DNA of 52,815 nt. Source: Octopus bimaculoides (Eukaryota). Below the pieces are notes generated by a model. That model was not told where the DNA came from. It saw nothing but the letters and a program-made list of their open reading frames with translations, and made no database searches. The stretch is from positions 64,398,647-64,451,461 of the forward strand of contig NC_068984.1 of NCBI RefSeq assembly GCF_001194135.2. Reading direction: 5' to 3'. Below, in pieces: positions 1 through 11,962 of the stretch; position 1 is the stretch's first letter; the number at the start of each line of letters is the position of its first letter. The position numbers and the translations under genes were made by a program.

Positions 1-22
1 ATATATATATATATATATATAT

Positions 23-165
23 ACGATGGGCTTCTTTGTGGTTCCGTCAACCAAATCCCTCAGAAGGGTTTGGTTGACCCGAGTGTACAGTAGAAGACAC
101 TTGAACAAGGTGCCACGAACGGGACTGAATCCAAGAGTACATGGTCGAAAAACAAGCTTTTTATA
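23..165 (-). mobile_element. SINE family A (tRNA-headed, internal microsatellite), diverged 5'-half fragment
   Basis: 'acgatgggcttctttgtggttccgtcaaccaaatcc...agaagacacttgaacaaggtgccacg..gggactgaa' aligns by eye to the head halves of the copies at 14155-14272, 39720-39855 and 52172-52304; preceded by (AT)n as in those copies. Confidence 0.75.
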
Positions 166-970
166 TACAACAGTCATATACACACACACAAAAGCACACA
201 CACACATACAAAAGCATGCAAACACAGACATATGTTTGTGTATGTATGTGTGTATGTAAAGGTATATTACATCTTGCAAAAAGAATCTTTTCATGCACTT
301 CTAGATATATAATAAGGCCAAACATTTTTTACACTGAATCAGCGATTTATATTTACCTCTTGTAATTACTTATTTCATACATACGATTTTTCAAATAAAT
401 TGTGCCAAATAATCTTTTGCTCATCAACTATTCACATGATCTTCTTTTCAAGTTTTACCTTTGAAACTTCATTTAATATATCAAATAGTTCCATAAGCCT
501 TTTGAAGCATTGCTCTTCGAACAGCCACTTTACATCAGTTTGAAGCAATAATCTTCCATTATTTGCTTTTATATCCTCACAAAACTCTTTAGAAGGTGAT
601 CATATTTAGAATTAGCTTTCATAGAGTTATTACATTTTATTATGACCTTAAAACGAGTGTAATGTTTTGGGCAAAACTTTCAACAAAGTTTTCCCGATGA
701 ATACTACAGAACACGTGGAACATTTCTGAATTCTTACTCTTCATTAATTTTAAACGGCCATTTTTTTCTTATCAGTCAGATTAGAGATGCCATTTGCTGT
801 ACAAGATACAATATTTTCTATTAATATTTTATAGCCATCTAAATAGTTTTTAAGTGTATTATAAATACTAAAGCAGCAGTAGTCTTTTATAATGACACGC
901 AGAAAAACATATCAAAGAAAGTTTTTCATATTTGCTATATCTCATATATGCCCATAACAGGTCTTAAATA

Positions 971-1001
<31 letters not shown>

Positions 1002-1950
1002 CTTTCTGTCTTTCCTTCTTTCTCTCCGAACCCCTTCTCTGTAATCCCTCTTTCTCACACATGCACTTAGATTCATTTATATTGTTCTTCAGCACCTCTG
1101 CCAATCTCATCTACTCTGCTATAAAGTGTATAGTTCCACAGCTGCATGTCTTTCACATCGCTGTCACCCTTTTCCAGGTTTATGTTCACCGAGCGTACAT
1201 GGTTGCCTTAACAAAACTCCCATAAATAGCTTGAATTTTTTTTTTCTTTGCAAGCTTTCCCTATCAGTAGAGATACATTTATCTCTCTTTAAAAATACAT
1301 TATTTGCAGTTTGTACAAAGAACAATGATTCGATTATTGATCTATTTTCAAAATTCTCTTTTACTGATTTAAAATATTTCCGCTTTAAATTTACATGAAT
1401 GCTATGTTTAGCCTTCAAATACGCCACGAGACGCCCACATTTCATTGATTCATTGGTATAATACTACTGACGTAATAACAGAATGGTGCTTGTTCACCAT
1501 GCACAACTATAAAACCAAGTATACGGTGCTCCTTTGAATGCTGATGAACTCTTGTTTGTAATCCACAATTTAGTTATAGAGTCAATGACTAAAAAAGAAA
1601 CATAATACTTTCTAAAACTATATATAATATATAAAGTAAAATTTTTATCATGTACCATTTTATACATGTGTGTGTGTGTGTGCGCGTATGCGCGCGAGTG
1701 TAATTTTTGCGCTTGATGATTCAGTTAATTCGGTGGCATTCTTCAGACTAAAGGGCACTGATGGACTAAAGTTCACGGCACATATCACTTTCTTCGTCGT
1801 CCCCAAAAGCCTCAATATTTCAGCATTCAAAGCCAATGCCTCGGCAGTTTTCACATATTTCTCATAGATGCTCGACTCACTCATGTACAATCTGTTGATA
1901 CAGACTGTATCAAGTATTTGCGAAAACAATATATTGAACAGTACATATAT

Positions 1951-2440
1951 TTCATTTTTTTTTTTCATTTTATCTAGTTTCAGCTCATGAGCTGTGGCCA
2001 TGCTGGGGCACGGCCATTTGGTGCTGCAACACAATTTTACTTCCGAATTTTACTTCAGGAATTGACATTTGGTGCATGAGAGAGTTTGATGCAGCTGCCC
2101 CCATCTGAACCTCCTGTCGCGAAGTTGGTTCATCTGGGACAGAAAGAAGTCCAGCTTTATATATTTATTTCGCAAAAGTTCAATGAGAACATGAAACCTG
2201 TAATCAGTCACTCTCCGATAAGTTCACGGTCGAACTTCTGGCAGTTGAAACCTCCGGCATTTTGGCTCGCCGGACCATACCCCTGCTCAGCGCTATCAGG
2301 GACGGAGATTGCTGTCCGCAAGTGTGTGTTTGTGTGTGTGTGTGTGTGTGTGTTTGTCGCGAGTCAGAGTGGCTGTTCAACGCTTCTCCCTCGTTATCCT
2401 CCGGGTCTTTTCCATTTTGTCTGCTGGTGCCATGAGAAAT
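1951..2440 (-). mobile_element. 3' end of an RTE-like non-LTR retrotransposon (decayed ORF C-terminus, 3'UTR and A-rich tail)
   Basis: Minus-strand translation at 2440-2310, with stops and a frameshift, gives WKRPGG*(P)REKR*TATLTRD|LADSNL, resembling the RTE C-terminal 'KRPRGRPRxxW' motif. The element ends ...CCCCAGCATGGCCACAGCTCATGAGCTGAAACTAGATAAAATGAAAAAAAAAAATGAAA, a tail homologous to SINE A. Confidence 0.6.
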
Positions 2441-2853
2441 GTTTCTATATTGTGAGAGTTGAGATTATTTGTTAATCCTCATGTTTTGACTTAAATCACC
2501 CTAAGTTATATGATATGAACTTCAACAAAAACTAAACCTTCTCTGAGTGCTTCACAAAGCAAATGTTACATCTGTGTAGAAGACATATAAGTGTAAAGCA
2601 ATAGTTTTATCGTGTACTCATACAAATAACTGTTTCGGGGTTCATTTTCTTATTTTAATTTCTTCAAATGGATTACTACTTCAACAAAATATGTAGAGAG
2701 ATGGAAAATTGTATCATAAAATTAAAGGCCTGTATTAAAATACGAATTATATTTATGTATATGATTTCGGCATGAATTGCAAGCTTAGGAAATACTAATG
2801 AAACACATTCGTATACACAAACTTACATATATTCAAACACTACCACACAAAAG

Positions 2854-2892
<39 letters not shown>

Positions 2893-2910
2893 TATATATG
2901 CTATATACAA

Positions 2911-2941
<31 letters not shown>

Positions 2942-3918
2942 TAGATAGATATATGATATGCTTTATATATATATATGTATANNNNNNNNNNNNNNNNNNN
3001 NNNNNNNNNNNNNNNNNNNNNNNNNNNNNNNNNNNNNNNNNNNNNNNNNNNNNNNNNNNNNNNNNNNNNNNNNNNNNNNNNNNNNNNNNNNNNNNNNNNN
3101 NNNNNNNNNNNNNNNNNNNNNNNNNNNNNNNNNNNNNNNNNNNNNNNNNNNNNNNNNNNNNNNNNNNNNNNNNNNNNNNNNNNNNNNNNTATATATATAT
3201 ATATATATATATATGTACATATATGTATTGATTTCCTTATATAGCCTGGCTTTTTCCCCCCACTAATCCTATATATGTATGTGCATGTGTCTGCGGTCAC
3301 ACACGTGCTTACGTGTGCGCGCGCACACACTGGGGATGCAAGATAGGATCGAATATATAAAATTAGTTTTACATCATGGAAATAGCGTAAATACAGAATC
3401 GAAATTTGGTTTGTTAGATACAGAAAGTAAGTGTAAACAACGCACATGATCGCAAAAAAAAAGAAGCAACAAAAATTACCCGTACTCTGTTTTTATTTGA
3501 GTGTTTTGTTGTTGTTGTATTTCGAAATTTATACCAATTTATAGAAGATAAGTACAATTGTATCAATAGCCGATATTTCCCGTATAGAAGAAATCCTTTT
3601 TCAAATGGGTTATCAGCTTCGAACATGCTTCTATAGAAAATATATTTCATGAGAACTTTTTTACTGCTTAAATGCTGTGTAACTCTTTACAAATCAGTTT
3701 TCAAATTTCAGTTGTTAGCTAAGGTTTTCTCCTATTTTCACATATGTTTAAGCGATTTTTCTTATTATTTCTTGTTATATGTATTTCCATATCATTCTGT
3801 AGGAATATTATTGTTAGAGTAGATTATGCTTCGTGAATGTTGTAATAAAAACCACAGGTGACTCAAATGATCCATGAAAATCTGTATAATTCATACCTAG
3901 CAAACGTTAAAAATAGAG

Positions 3919-3999
<81 letters not shown>

Positions 4000-5052
4000 C
4001 AGATCTATAAATTATATCTCATGAAAGTAAAATTCGATGTTGATATAATGGGATGTTAATCATATCGGATTTTTATTTATTACAAATTAACTTTGGATAT
4101 TAGATAGTTGTTATTTATTTATATCATTCCAACGGCAAGAGCTCTCGGCGGCGTAAATAATGATTGAATATATACGCAAAAGATCAAAGTACATACACGC
4201 TTGTAATGAATTTTAGCAGAGAATCATTACGCTAAATGGTTCCATAGCATCATTAAGCTAAATGATTTTCTCATTTATTATTACAACCAAACATTTCCCT
4301 TTTAAAGCATTAATCGTATATATTATATTCAAAGTGTTTTTGTTTATATTTCCTCTTAATATTGCTAAATGAAAATCGTTTTTATCGTTATTAGTTTTGT
4401 CATTTTTCCAAGTATGTTATTCAAATATCACACAGTCATTATATAGTATAGTTATAATTGCTTCTTTTAGTACTAATCAATGTCTACAAATCACGCCGAA
4501 ATATTCCGCGTAAATATATAATTTCGTTCGTTATGTGTCTTATTTCCTTTCATTTCCTTGCATATGTGGAGGAGTGAGTAGGTGTTCCAACACTTCAAAA
4601 GGTAATGTAATAACTATATAATTGCGTAGCTTAGTGAGTTATATTTATTTTACCCGGCAATCCAGTCATTCCACATAAATGCAAAAATTTACTTCCTTTT
4701 AACACAGTAAAGGTGAGGAGCAATAGTACTAACTCCGCCCGAGTGGACAATGATCCGTTTAATAAAGAACATCTAGGGCCTGCAAAGCGACGTATTACAT
4801 ACACACACACACGCATATATATATATATAAACATTCGCATATAATCTACCATTTGGACTCTTGACGACAGAGTCGGTGAGAAAGATTTATTGAAAATTGT
4901 AAAAAGCCAAAAATTAGAAGAGTGAATCGTCAGACAATGAATTTATGGTATCACAGGACAAGGCAACATATACACACAGCAAATGCACGAGAATATGCTG
5001 GAAAAAAAGCAAAATGTTATGTACGACAAATATTGAAATTTTGTGTGTGCGT

Positions 5053-5084
<32 letters not shown>

Positions 5085-5114
5085 CTGTGTGTGTGCGCNN
5101 NNNNNNNNNNNNNN

Positions 5115-5150
<36 letters not shown>

Positions 5151-5489
5151 CAGTAGTAGTAGCGCTGAGCAGAGATGAGACATAAACGGACTTTAGATCA
5201 GGTCAAATAATATATTTTGTGATATATCATTTGTGATATTTGGTTCATTTGGAATATATTTTAACTTCTACATGACAAATTCCAAGCAATTTAACGTGGA
5301 GAAAAATTGTCGCCTATGGTAAAAGGTGTTAAAACACCTTATCTGATCATTGTCTTCCCCTAGTGGATTCCTAGATGCGTTTCTGTCTCTTTAACTCTCC
5401 TCAGTATGAGATACCGCAGAGAGATAACGCTGAATTGATTATAAAGCCAATTCTTTATCTTAAAACACTCAATATTAGCCATTCAATGT

Positions 5490-5709
5490 AAGGCGGCGAG
5501 CTGTCAGAATCGTAAACATGCCGGGCCAAATGTTGTCATGCATTTTGCCCCTTTTTATGCTATGAGTTCAAATTCCGCTGAGGTTGTCTTTGCCTTTCAT
5601 TCTTTCGGGGTCGATAAAATAAGTACCTGTTGAGTACTGAGATCGATGTAGTCGAATTAACCCCTCTCCCGAAATTGCTAGCCTTGTGTCAAAGTATGAA
5701 ATCCATATT
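5490..5709 (+). mobile_element. SINE family B, near full length
   Basis: Starts 'aaggcggcgagctgtcagaatcgt', has B-box-like 'gagttcaaattcc' and core 'tttgcctttcattctttcggggtcgataaaataagtacc'; same core recurs at 6778-6868, 9000-9270 and 26455-26640. Confidence 0.75.
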
Positions 5710-5950
5710 AGTGAATCACTTGCGCTTTCGGACTGCCTAGTCAGAGCAAAAACGTTAGCGCGAAATAGTGATGAGAAATAAACTAACATTAGATAAACTG
5801 TCATGAATTTGCCTTTAGAAGGTAAAATATGTCCCAAACATACTTGAACTTACCGAAAGTTCGTTTTCTCCTTATCACTACTTAGCACATCTACTACTTT
5901 ATTTGTTCTCTCCCGGTGGTGCATGAACACAAGTCAGTCCCTAATACCAG

Positions 5951-6868
5951 CTTTAAATGTTGGCACAAGACCAGCAATTCCGAGGAAAAAGCTAAGTCGA
6001 TTACGAGGGTCAGCTGAAAAGTTCATAGGCTAACCAAGTTACTCTCACGGAATGTGACCATATGAGGCTTATTTTTCAACATAGTATCTCCGTCCCCACT
6101 GCGGTCAACACACTTTTCCATCGGTGTTGCAGTGCTTGGATTCTATTATTGAAGAAGCTTTCATCTTGTTGGCGAAAAATACCAACAGTACACACATGAC
6201 GCTATCATCGCTGTGACACTGGTTCCCAGCCAAGTGTATTTTCATGTTAGAGAACAGATGATTATCAGGGTGGCTGATCAACCAGTTCAAAGCCACAGTC
6301 ACGCTCAACAGCCATTTAAATAAAAGACTTTTGTGCTGAAACACTGTCATGATGACACAAGACCCCTTTCGTTAGTTTTCCTGAGTATAAGATGTTGATA
6401 GCCTTTCGTAATTGCCTCAGCAAGTTGGCATAGTATTTTCCATTAATTTTGTGGCCTATTTGAAGATATTCAATAAACACTATGTTTTACCTCCTCAAAA
6501 ACTGAGGTCATCATTTTCTCTGTAGTTGGAAATACTTTGGCTTTCTTTGGGACGACTGGGGAGGAGTTTTTCCACTGCATAGATTATCTTTTTGTGTTTG
6601 GTTCAAAGGGATGAACCCAAGACACATCATAAGTTAGGAACCTTTCCGATGTCAGTTTCCTGGAAAGAAACAATGCAGTTATTAATAAGAGAAGTGTTGA
6701 ATTTAATGCATGTAAGATTTCACAGCTCTAGCATCATTTCTTCATAGTCAGCCTATGAACGTTTCAGCTCACCCTCGTACATCGATTCCAGTGTTCAATT
6801 GGTACTTATTTTATCGAATCCGAAGGTTGAAAGGCAAAATCGACCTCAGTGAAATTTGAGTCTGTCAC
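5951..6868 (-). mobile_element. SINE family B copy split by a mariner insertion (pieces 5951-6003 and 6778-6868)
   Basis: Joining 'ttggcacaagaccagcaattccgaggaaaaagctaagtcgatTA' to 'catcgattccagtgttcaattggtacttattttatcga' restores a sequence co-linear with the reverse complement of the 5490-5709 copy. Confidence 0.75.
6004..6777 (-). mobile_element. Internally deleted mariner DNA transposon (transposase pseudogene, catalytic half only)
   Basis: TIRs cgagggt(c/g)agctgaaa(a/c)gttcataggct match 26/28, with TA on both sides (6002-6003, 6778-6779). Minus-strand frames give RFLTYDVSWVHPFEPNTKR*SMQWK..PKKAK, INGKYYANLLRQLRKAI..GKLTKGVLCHHDS and CGFELVDQPP, typical mariner motifs with stops and deletions. 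Confidence 0.92.
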
Positions 6869-7024
6869 TAAAATTGACTCTTATTTTATTTCCACTGACT
6901 AATACCTATTAACATGCTACAAAGACTGCCGAAGCCCATAATAAAATTATTGCTTTTACATTGGGAATGGAACGTCTACCACGTACAAAAATGTCACTTG
7001 ACTAATGGGCATCAAGTCACTCTC

Positions 7025-7320
7025 AGACACACCCCAGTTTTTTCCCTATAGAAACATTCTCTTCTCTCTGGCTTTTTAATCGCTGCAAAACTGACCTCTT
7101 CTTGAAGTTAGCCGGATCATGGTACCATCACTCAGTCGCCCCCGACTTACTCACTTCTCCTCTCACCAATTTTTTACTGATCAAATCTCGAAGCCCTGCA
7201 CTAATGGTCATGCCTAGTCCTTTCTTCCTAGAACGGTGACCGCCTGGAATACCCTCTAAGTTCATTTTTTTCCCACTGGTATTGACTTGAAACAGTTTAA
7301 GAGGAGCTTTAATTATATCA
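7025..7320 (+). mobile_element. 3' fragment of a CR1/L2/Jockey-type LINE ORF2
   Basis: Translation near 7200-7315 gives TNGHA*SFLPRTVTAWNTL*VHFFPTGIDLKQFKRSFN, matching the 'SFFPRTxxxWNxLP...FK' C-terminal motif of these LINEs. Confidence 0.6.
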
Positions 7321-7469
7321 GTTTCACCGGTCTCGGAGAGACAGCGAAGCTTCTGGATTCTGACCAATCGTCCAGAAAACTGAGTGATTTGGGATTTACG
7401 TTTTGTTCATGAATGCAAATAAAGCAGATTTCTCTTCTTGGAATACGAATATCATAATAAACTATTGTT

Positions 7470-8350
7470 GGGGGCTCATAGGAGAGAAAAAACCGAAGTG
7501 ACAACCCAACAGCGTTGATAGCTTTTCTCCATAGTTTTTTTATGCCTTCATGGAAATACTTTCGCTGCCGTTCACTAAAAGTTCTTCATTTAGGAAGGAA
7601 GTAGTTTATATGGTTGTGGAGTTAGTGCACTTTAATACTTATATCACTGCCTAGCCTTTGGTTGGAAAATGTAACTTATCTAAATAGATCTTCATAACAT
7701 TTTATCTAATGTTGCCAAAACAAATATTGTAATAACTTAGTAAATTCTACTGAATCATTGTTCTCAGCAGGTTTAACCACATTTATAAACAGATAATCTT
7801 TACTTAATCGTAGTCCATTCAAAAATTTTTAAAAATTCACTTCTTCTTGGCTTAGCGCAGGATATTTTACCACAATGGTACTTAAAAGAGTTCTCAATTA
7901 TAACTAGAGTTTTAACAAATTGTTTCATCAAACCTACTTTTAAACTATGAAATGCTAGCAGCATGTTTTCCAGTTTTACAGGGAGGGTGTTCATGATATT
8001 TCACATTCCAGCAGCAAAATCGAATTCCTTTTTCATTATATGGTTTCTTTTAGCTCGGCTACTCCAAAAGCACACGTAAAAGGAAATTTGGTATAACCGA
8101 TTAGTTGGCTCTGAACTATGCAAATAACTTTTAACTTTTCACATATCGAATTGTGCCAGAAGTATTTTAATTTTTCCAATATCATTTTCATAGTTACATA
8201 ACTCTCTTTTAGACGTATCGAGTAGTTAATCATGCTTACAAGTCTCATGAACACTTGGGAAAAAGTTTTGCAAGTTTTCATAAGAAACAATCGTAGGAAA
8301 AAGTTTATTCACTTTACAACCTTGCTCATCAAATAAGTTGATACGTTGAT
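7470..8350 (-). pseudogene. Chapaev3-like (CMC superfamily) transposase remnant, C-terminal half, heavily decayed
   Basis: Minus-strand pieces LKESYVTMKMILEKLKY, GYTKFPF, FHSLKVGLMKQFVKTL, FHEGIKK.MEKSYQRCW correspond to recalled Chapaev3 motifs GYTKYPCFLC, LHIKLGLMKQFVKAL and FHQDIKxMEKRYQGRW. Confidence 0.8.
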
Positions 8351-8999
8351 TGTTTCAGGAATTTGACATGGGGAATGTTTTCTTTTATTATACTTTGCTG
8401 GGGGCTTTATGCTAGCTGTAGATATCTGTTTTTATTATTAGCCGATTCCCTTTCAATTCTATTCTCCAATTTTTTCACAATGTGACTGTGACATATAAGC
8501 TTTGTATAGAATTAACTTGAAACGAAAAATAAATACCTTCACCCAAAATGAGTAATTTCGTAATTTTAGCCTCTAGTGCAGAGGAACTAAACTTTACGCG
8601 TTTGAAAAAAAGTTTACTTCATTTTTACATCAGTTTCCTCAGAGTATTCTAAAACTGCTATCAGTTTCAAAAAAAGCGAAACAGTTCTGTTCTAGTGGAA
8701 TAAATATAACTTTTAACAAAGTACCACACATTTTGGCAAAGTGGGTCATAACTGATTATAAAACGATTCATGAATAATATTTTTTTATCCAGATGATATC
8801 GGAAGCAGAGTTGATGAATGTTTAGGGCAAATTTAGACATGGTGGAATGTGAGCACGAAACCGAAAAGGATGAAATTATATATAACGAGTCATGTCGTCG
8901 GCTGTTCTTTTCAACCACCAGTAACCAATATAAAAGATAGTGAGTTAGCTGAATCTGTGAAATAAAGGCAAAATGACTTGCAATATTTAGATGTATGCC

Positions 9000-9270
9000 A
9001 AGGCGGCAAGCTGGCAAATGACGCCGAGGGCTGACTTTGCCTTTCATCCTTTCAGAAACGATAAAATAAGTATCAGTTGAGAAGAGCACTGAGATCGACA
9101 CAATCGACTAAACCCTTCCTCGAACTTGCAGGCCTTGTGCCAAAATTTGAAATCTATATTGAGATGTATACTTTTTAGGTTCTGACTTCAAATCTCGCCA
9201 AGTTTTGCCTTTCATCCTTCCCGGGTCATTAATAAAAAGTAGCAGTAAATTCTGAACTCGATTTAATCTA
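9000..9270 (+). mobile_element. Two adjacent SINE family B pieces (9000-9160 internally deleted; 9185-9270 partial)
   Basis: 'aaggcggcaagctggca...gactttgcctttcatcctttcagaaacgataaaataagtatcagttgag...gcaggccttgtgccaaaatttgaa' followed by a second 'tttgcctttcatccttcccgggtc' core. Confidence 0.65.
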
Positions 9271-9601
9271 TTGTACCGCTATAAAAAGTGTGTCTTCAAG
9301 GAACCAATATAGATATTGCAATATCTTGCGTTTTGCATTTACAACCGAAGAAAAGCGCCACCCTCATCGTTTCTCTTGACATCTTATACATCCATGTTGA
9401 CAGGAAGTGCCCATAAAATATATCTTATTTTTGGTAAATTCTTTTTTAAACAACTTTTGCTAGATCACGAACTTCTCTTTAGAAGTCGCAGACTGGCTTT
9501 CATGGACATTTTCAAGAAAAACCTGCGATTTATAAGCAGCCATATACGGTGATTTAAGCAATTGCATCCACTCTATGATATATCTATTCAAATAATAACT
9601 G

Positions 9602-11140
9602 AACTGTGATGCAATTTTCGCTGAGTTCGTTGAGTTAGATATGACACTTGTTTTTGACTAACTTTTGGACCCTGGATCCAAAATTGCCCCGTTTTTCTGT
9701 AACCTTTTGAGCTATAGGATACCCCACCGTCCGATCTCAAAAACCCTAAAAATACTGCACCTAACAAATTTGTGCTTATTTTATAAAATATTTTTAAAAA
9801 TTACATACAATGGAAAATTATAACACATTGCGTGATTGTAATGTCAGTACAAATTTATTTTGTTCACACAAAGGATGTTGTTACTATGAGTCAATTACTG
9901 TTCAAGTAGTTGAGGTAAAAAAATTTACGTTTTTAGATTTTTTCTTAGTGTTCAATCTGGACAATTTCACTTTATGCTCCAGCAATAGTCATATTTACAT
10001 TCCACCTACCCCGATACCGTTCCTTCATAACTTTCATGTGCAGAGGTAGGAATATAATTTCCATTATGTCAACAAGTGGCCCATTTGGAATGTTGGGATC
10101 ACCAGATTCGAGGTCAGATCTTGGAGTCCAGTTCCTATCCACTTAATGCTTCTTTAAAGCTCTGCTTTTCCACATGCACAGATAGCAGGGATATTTGCTA
10201 CATCTGCATAGATAACCAAGAAAGCAGCATGCCCTTTTAAGGTCAACGCAGATGATCCAATTGTGTTTGTGATATCGCAACAACTCAATAAATCTCTTTA
10301 TGTCTTCATATCTTTCATGAAGACAAACTAAATGCCAAATTAGGACTACAGAATATAAATTGACATTGTAGGAGGGGATACGCTTTCAGCTCCGCTTTGA
10401 GCCTTCAATGAACAGCTGCGATTCAGTTTAGTTGCATGTTATGGCAATACGCAAACTTACAGTCACTTCGAAAGTATTGCAGAAATGTACTTTCTCTGGA
10501 TCGAAAGTAGGATACATTCGCTCCTTTTTCAAGTAAGTTTTCCTCATTCAGCTTGATGCTGGGAGTTTTGAAGCCTTTTTGATCGTCCCAAATCTCATGC
10601 CAAATCGTGTTGATCAAACCCCTTACAAAGTGATTCATCTTCAATTACCAAATATGCATCATTGTAGTCACCGACATTTTCATCATGATTCACCACTTCA
10701 AGAGAGGAGTGTTAAAAGAAAAGTGGCAGAGAAATTTCAGCTGAATGAGCAACTGGATGTATATTTGATAGTAGATAGGGTATTCGATTTTACATTTGTT
10801 TCTCTTCTTATATCCTCAAGTTTTCACTAAATAAATCTAAAAGCCTGTGCAATGACCTCGCCAAATCATAGACATAGGAAATGCCAACTTATTACATGTT
10901 CTCCTGGTCCACATCTCTAAACACACGAAACACTGTTCGCACACCTTGTGTGGGTTCAAGACTTGTCTTGATCAACTTTTACTTTAAAATATGTAGAGCA
11001 ACTTGGCTTCACGAATGCGTTGATGTTTGTTCTTTAACTGAGAATTGTGAAACTGCCATAGATATTGCAATAGGAATCAGGGCTGTTGAAGCACTTACGA
11101 TGAGAAGAAACAGAAGAAAACATGATCTGAAAGAAAGGAA
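9602..11140 (-). mobile_element. Chapaev3-like DNA transposon: decayed transposase (ATG at 11123, end about 9910) with an internal deletion and a retained 3' terminus
   Basis: Minus-strand frames give MFSSVSSHRKCFNSPDSYCNIYG, PHKVCEQC, GYKKRNKCKIEYP, ENLLEKGANVSYFRSRESTFLQYFRSD, HNWIICVDLK, SKYPCYLCMWKSRA, PLHMK|VMKERYRGRWNVNM..DYCWSIK. Terminal region 9602-9700 resembles the terminus at 11870-11962. The 5' TIR was not found. Confidence 0.9.
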
Positions 11141-11599
11141 ATAAGGTCGGTAATAAAAATTATGTTGAACTATCACAAGCTTAGAAAAACAAAATCAATG
11201 CTTAAATAAAGTCTGCTAACCCCTTACATACAGAACTATTTGCAAAATACAATAGTAATTGCCTATATAGAGGGGCTACAGAGGCCTGTAACAACTATCC
11301 CAGATAACTAAGTGTATTCCACATAAATGTGTATGGATAAGCATCCAAAAAGGAACATATACGTTCACACAAATACTCCATTAGAAAAAAGAAGAGGGTA
11401 GAAAATTAGACATCAAACCCCAGGACGGAATCCCTCCACACTTCAAACCAACAGTTCATTCCCTTTTAAATCGAATGAACAGCCATCTTTCCTCCACTGC
11501 ACAGATCTGTTTTCTTGCCTTTTAACTTCGAATCCTTTGAAGTATAGTGCTGATCACTACCATATCTTGACCTCATTCAGTTAATGTCATGCATCTTAG

Positions 11600-11962
11600 C
11601 ACCAAGTCAGCTTCCAGTCTCCATCTTGAAAGAGGAAATTTATTCTCAAAAGGGTTGAAGACCAGCTTAGGCAAATGACTGGTCAATAATCGTGACTTAT
11701 TTTTGGGAGAGAGATTTGAAACTGAGAATTTGCTGCTTTCACTTCTTATAAATAAAATCATAAAAGAAATCAGTTGACCAGGTCTATTACTTACGGACAA
11801 ATAATGCAATTGTGCTTATTCAGAGAATTAATCCGTAGGAAAAAAAACTTGACGTGATAGAAGAAAACTGACTGTAGTTTTGAAATCAGCATACCAATTT
11901 TAGTCTAAATCAAGTGAAAAATTGAACTCAACGGAAATTATGCTCACAATTGTTCCCCAGTG
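11600..11962 (+). mobile_element. Chapaev3-like 3' terminal fragment
   Basis: Ends 'ttttgaaatcagcataccaattttagtctaaatcaagtgaaaaattgaactcaacg...ttgttccccagtg', which aligns with the reverse complement of 9602-9700. Weak GK*LVNNRDYFWERD similarity to the transposase C-terminus upstream. The 5' boundary is uncertain. Confidence 0.55.
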
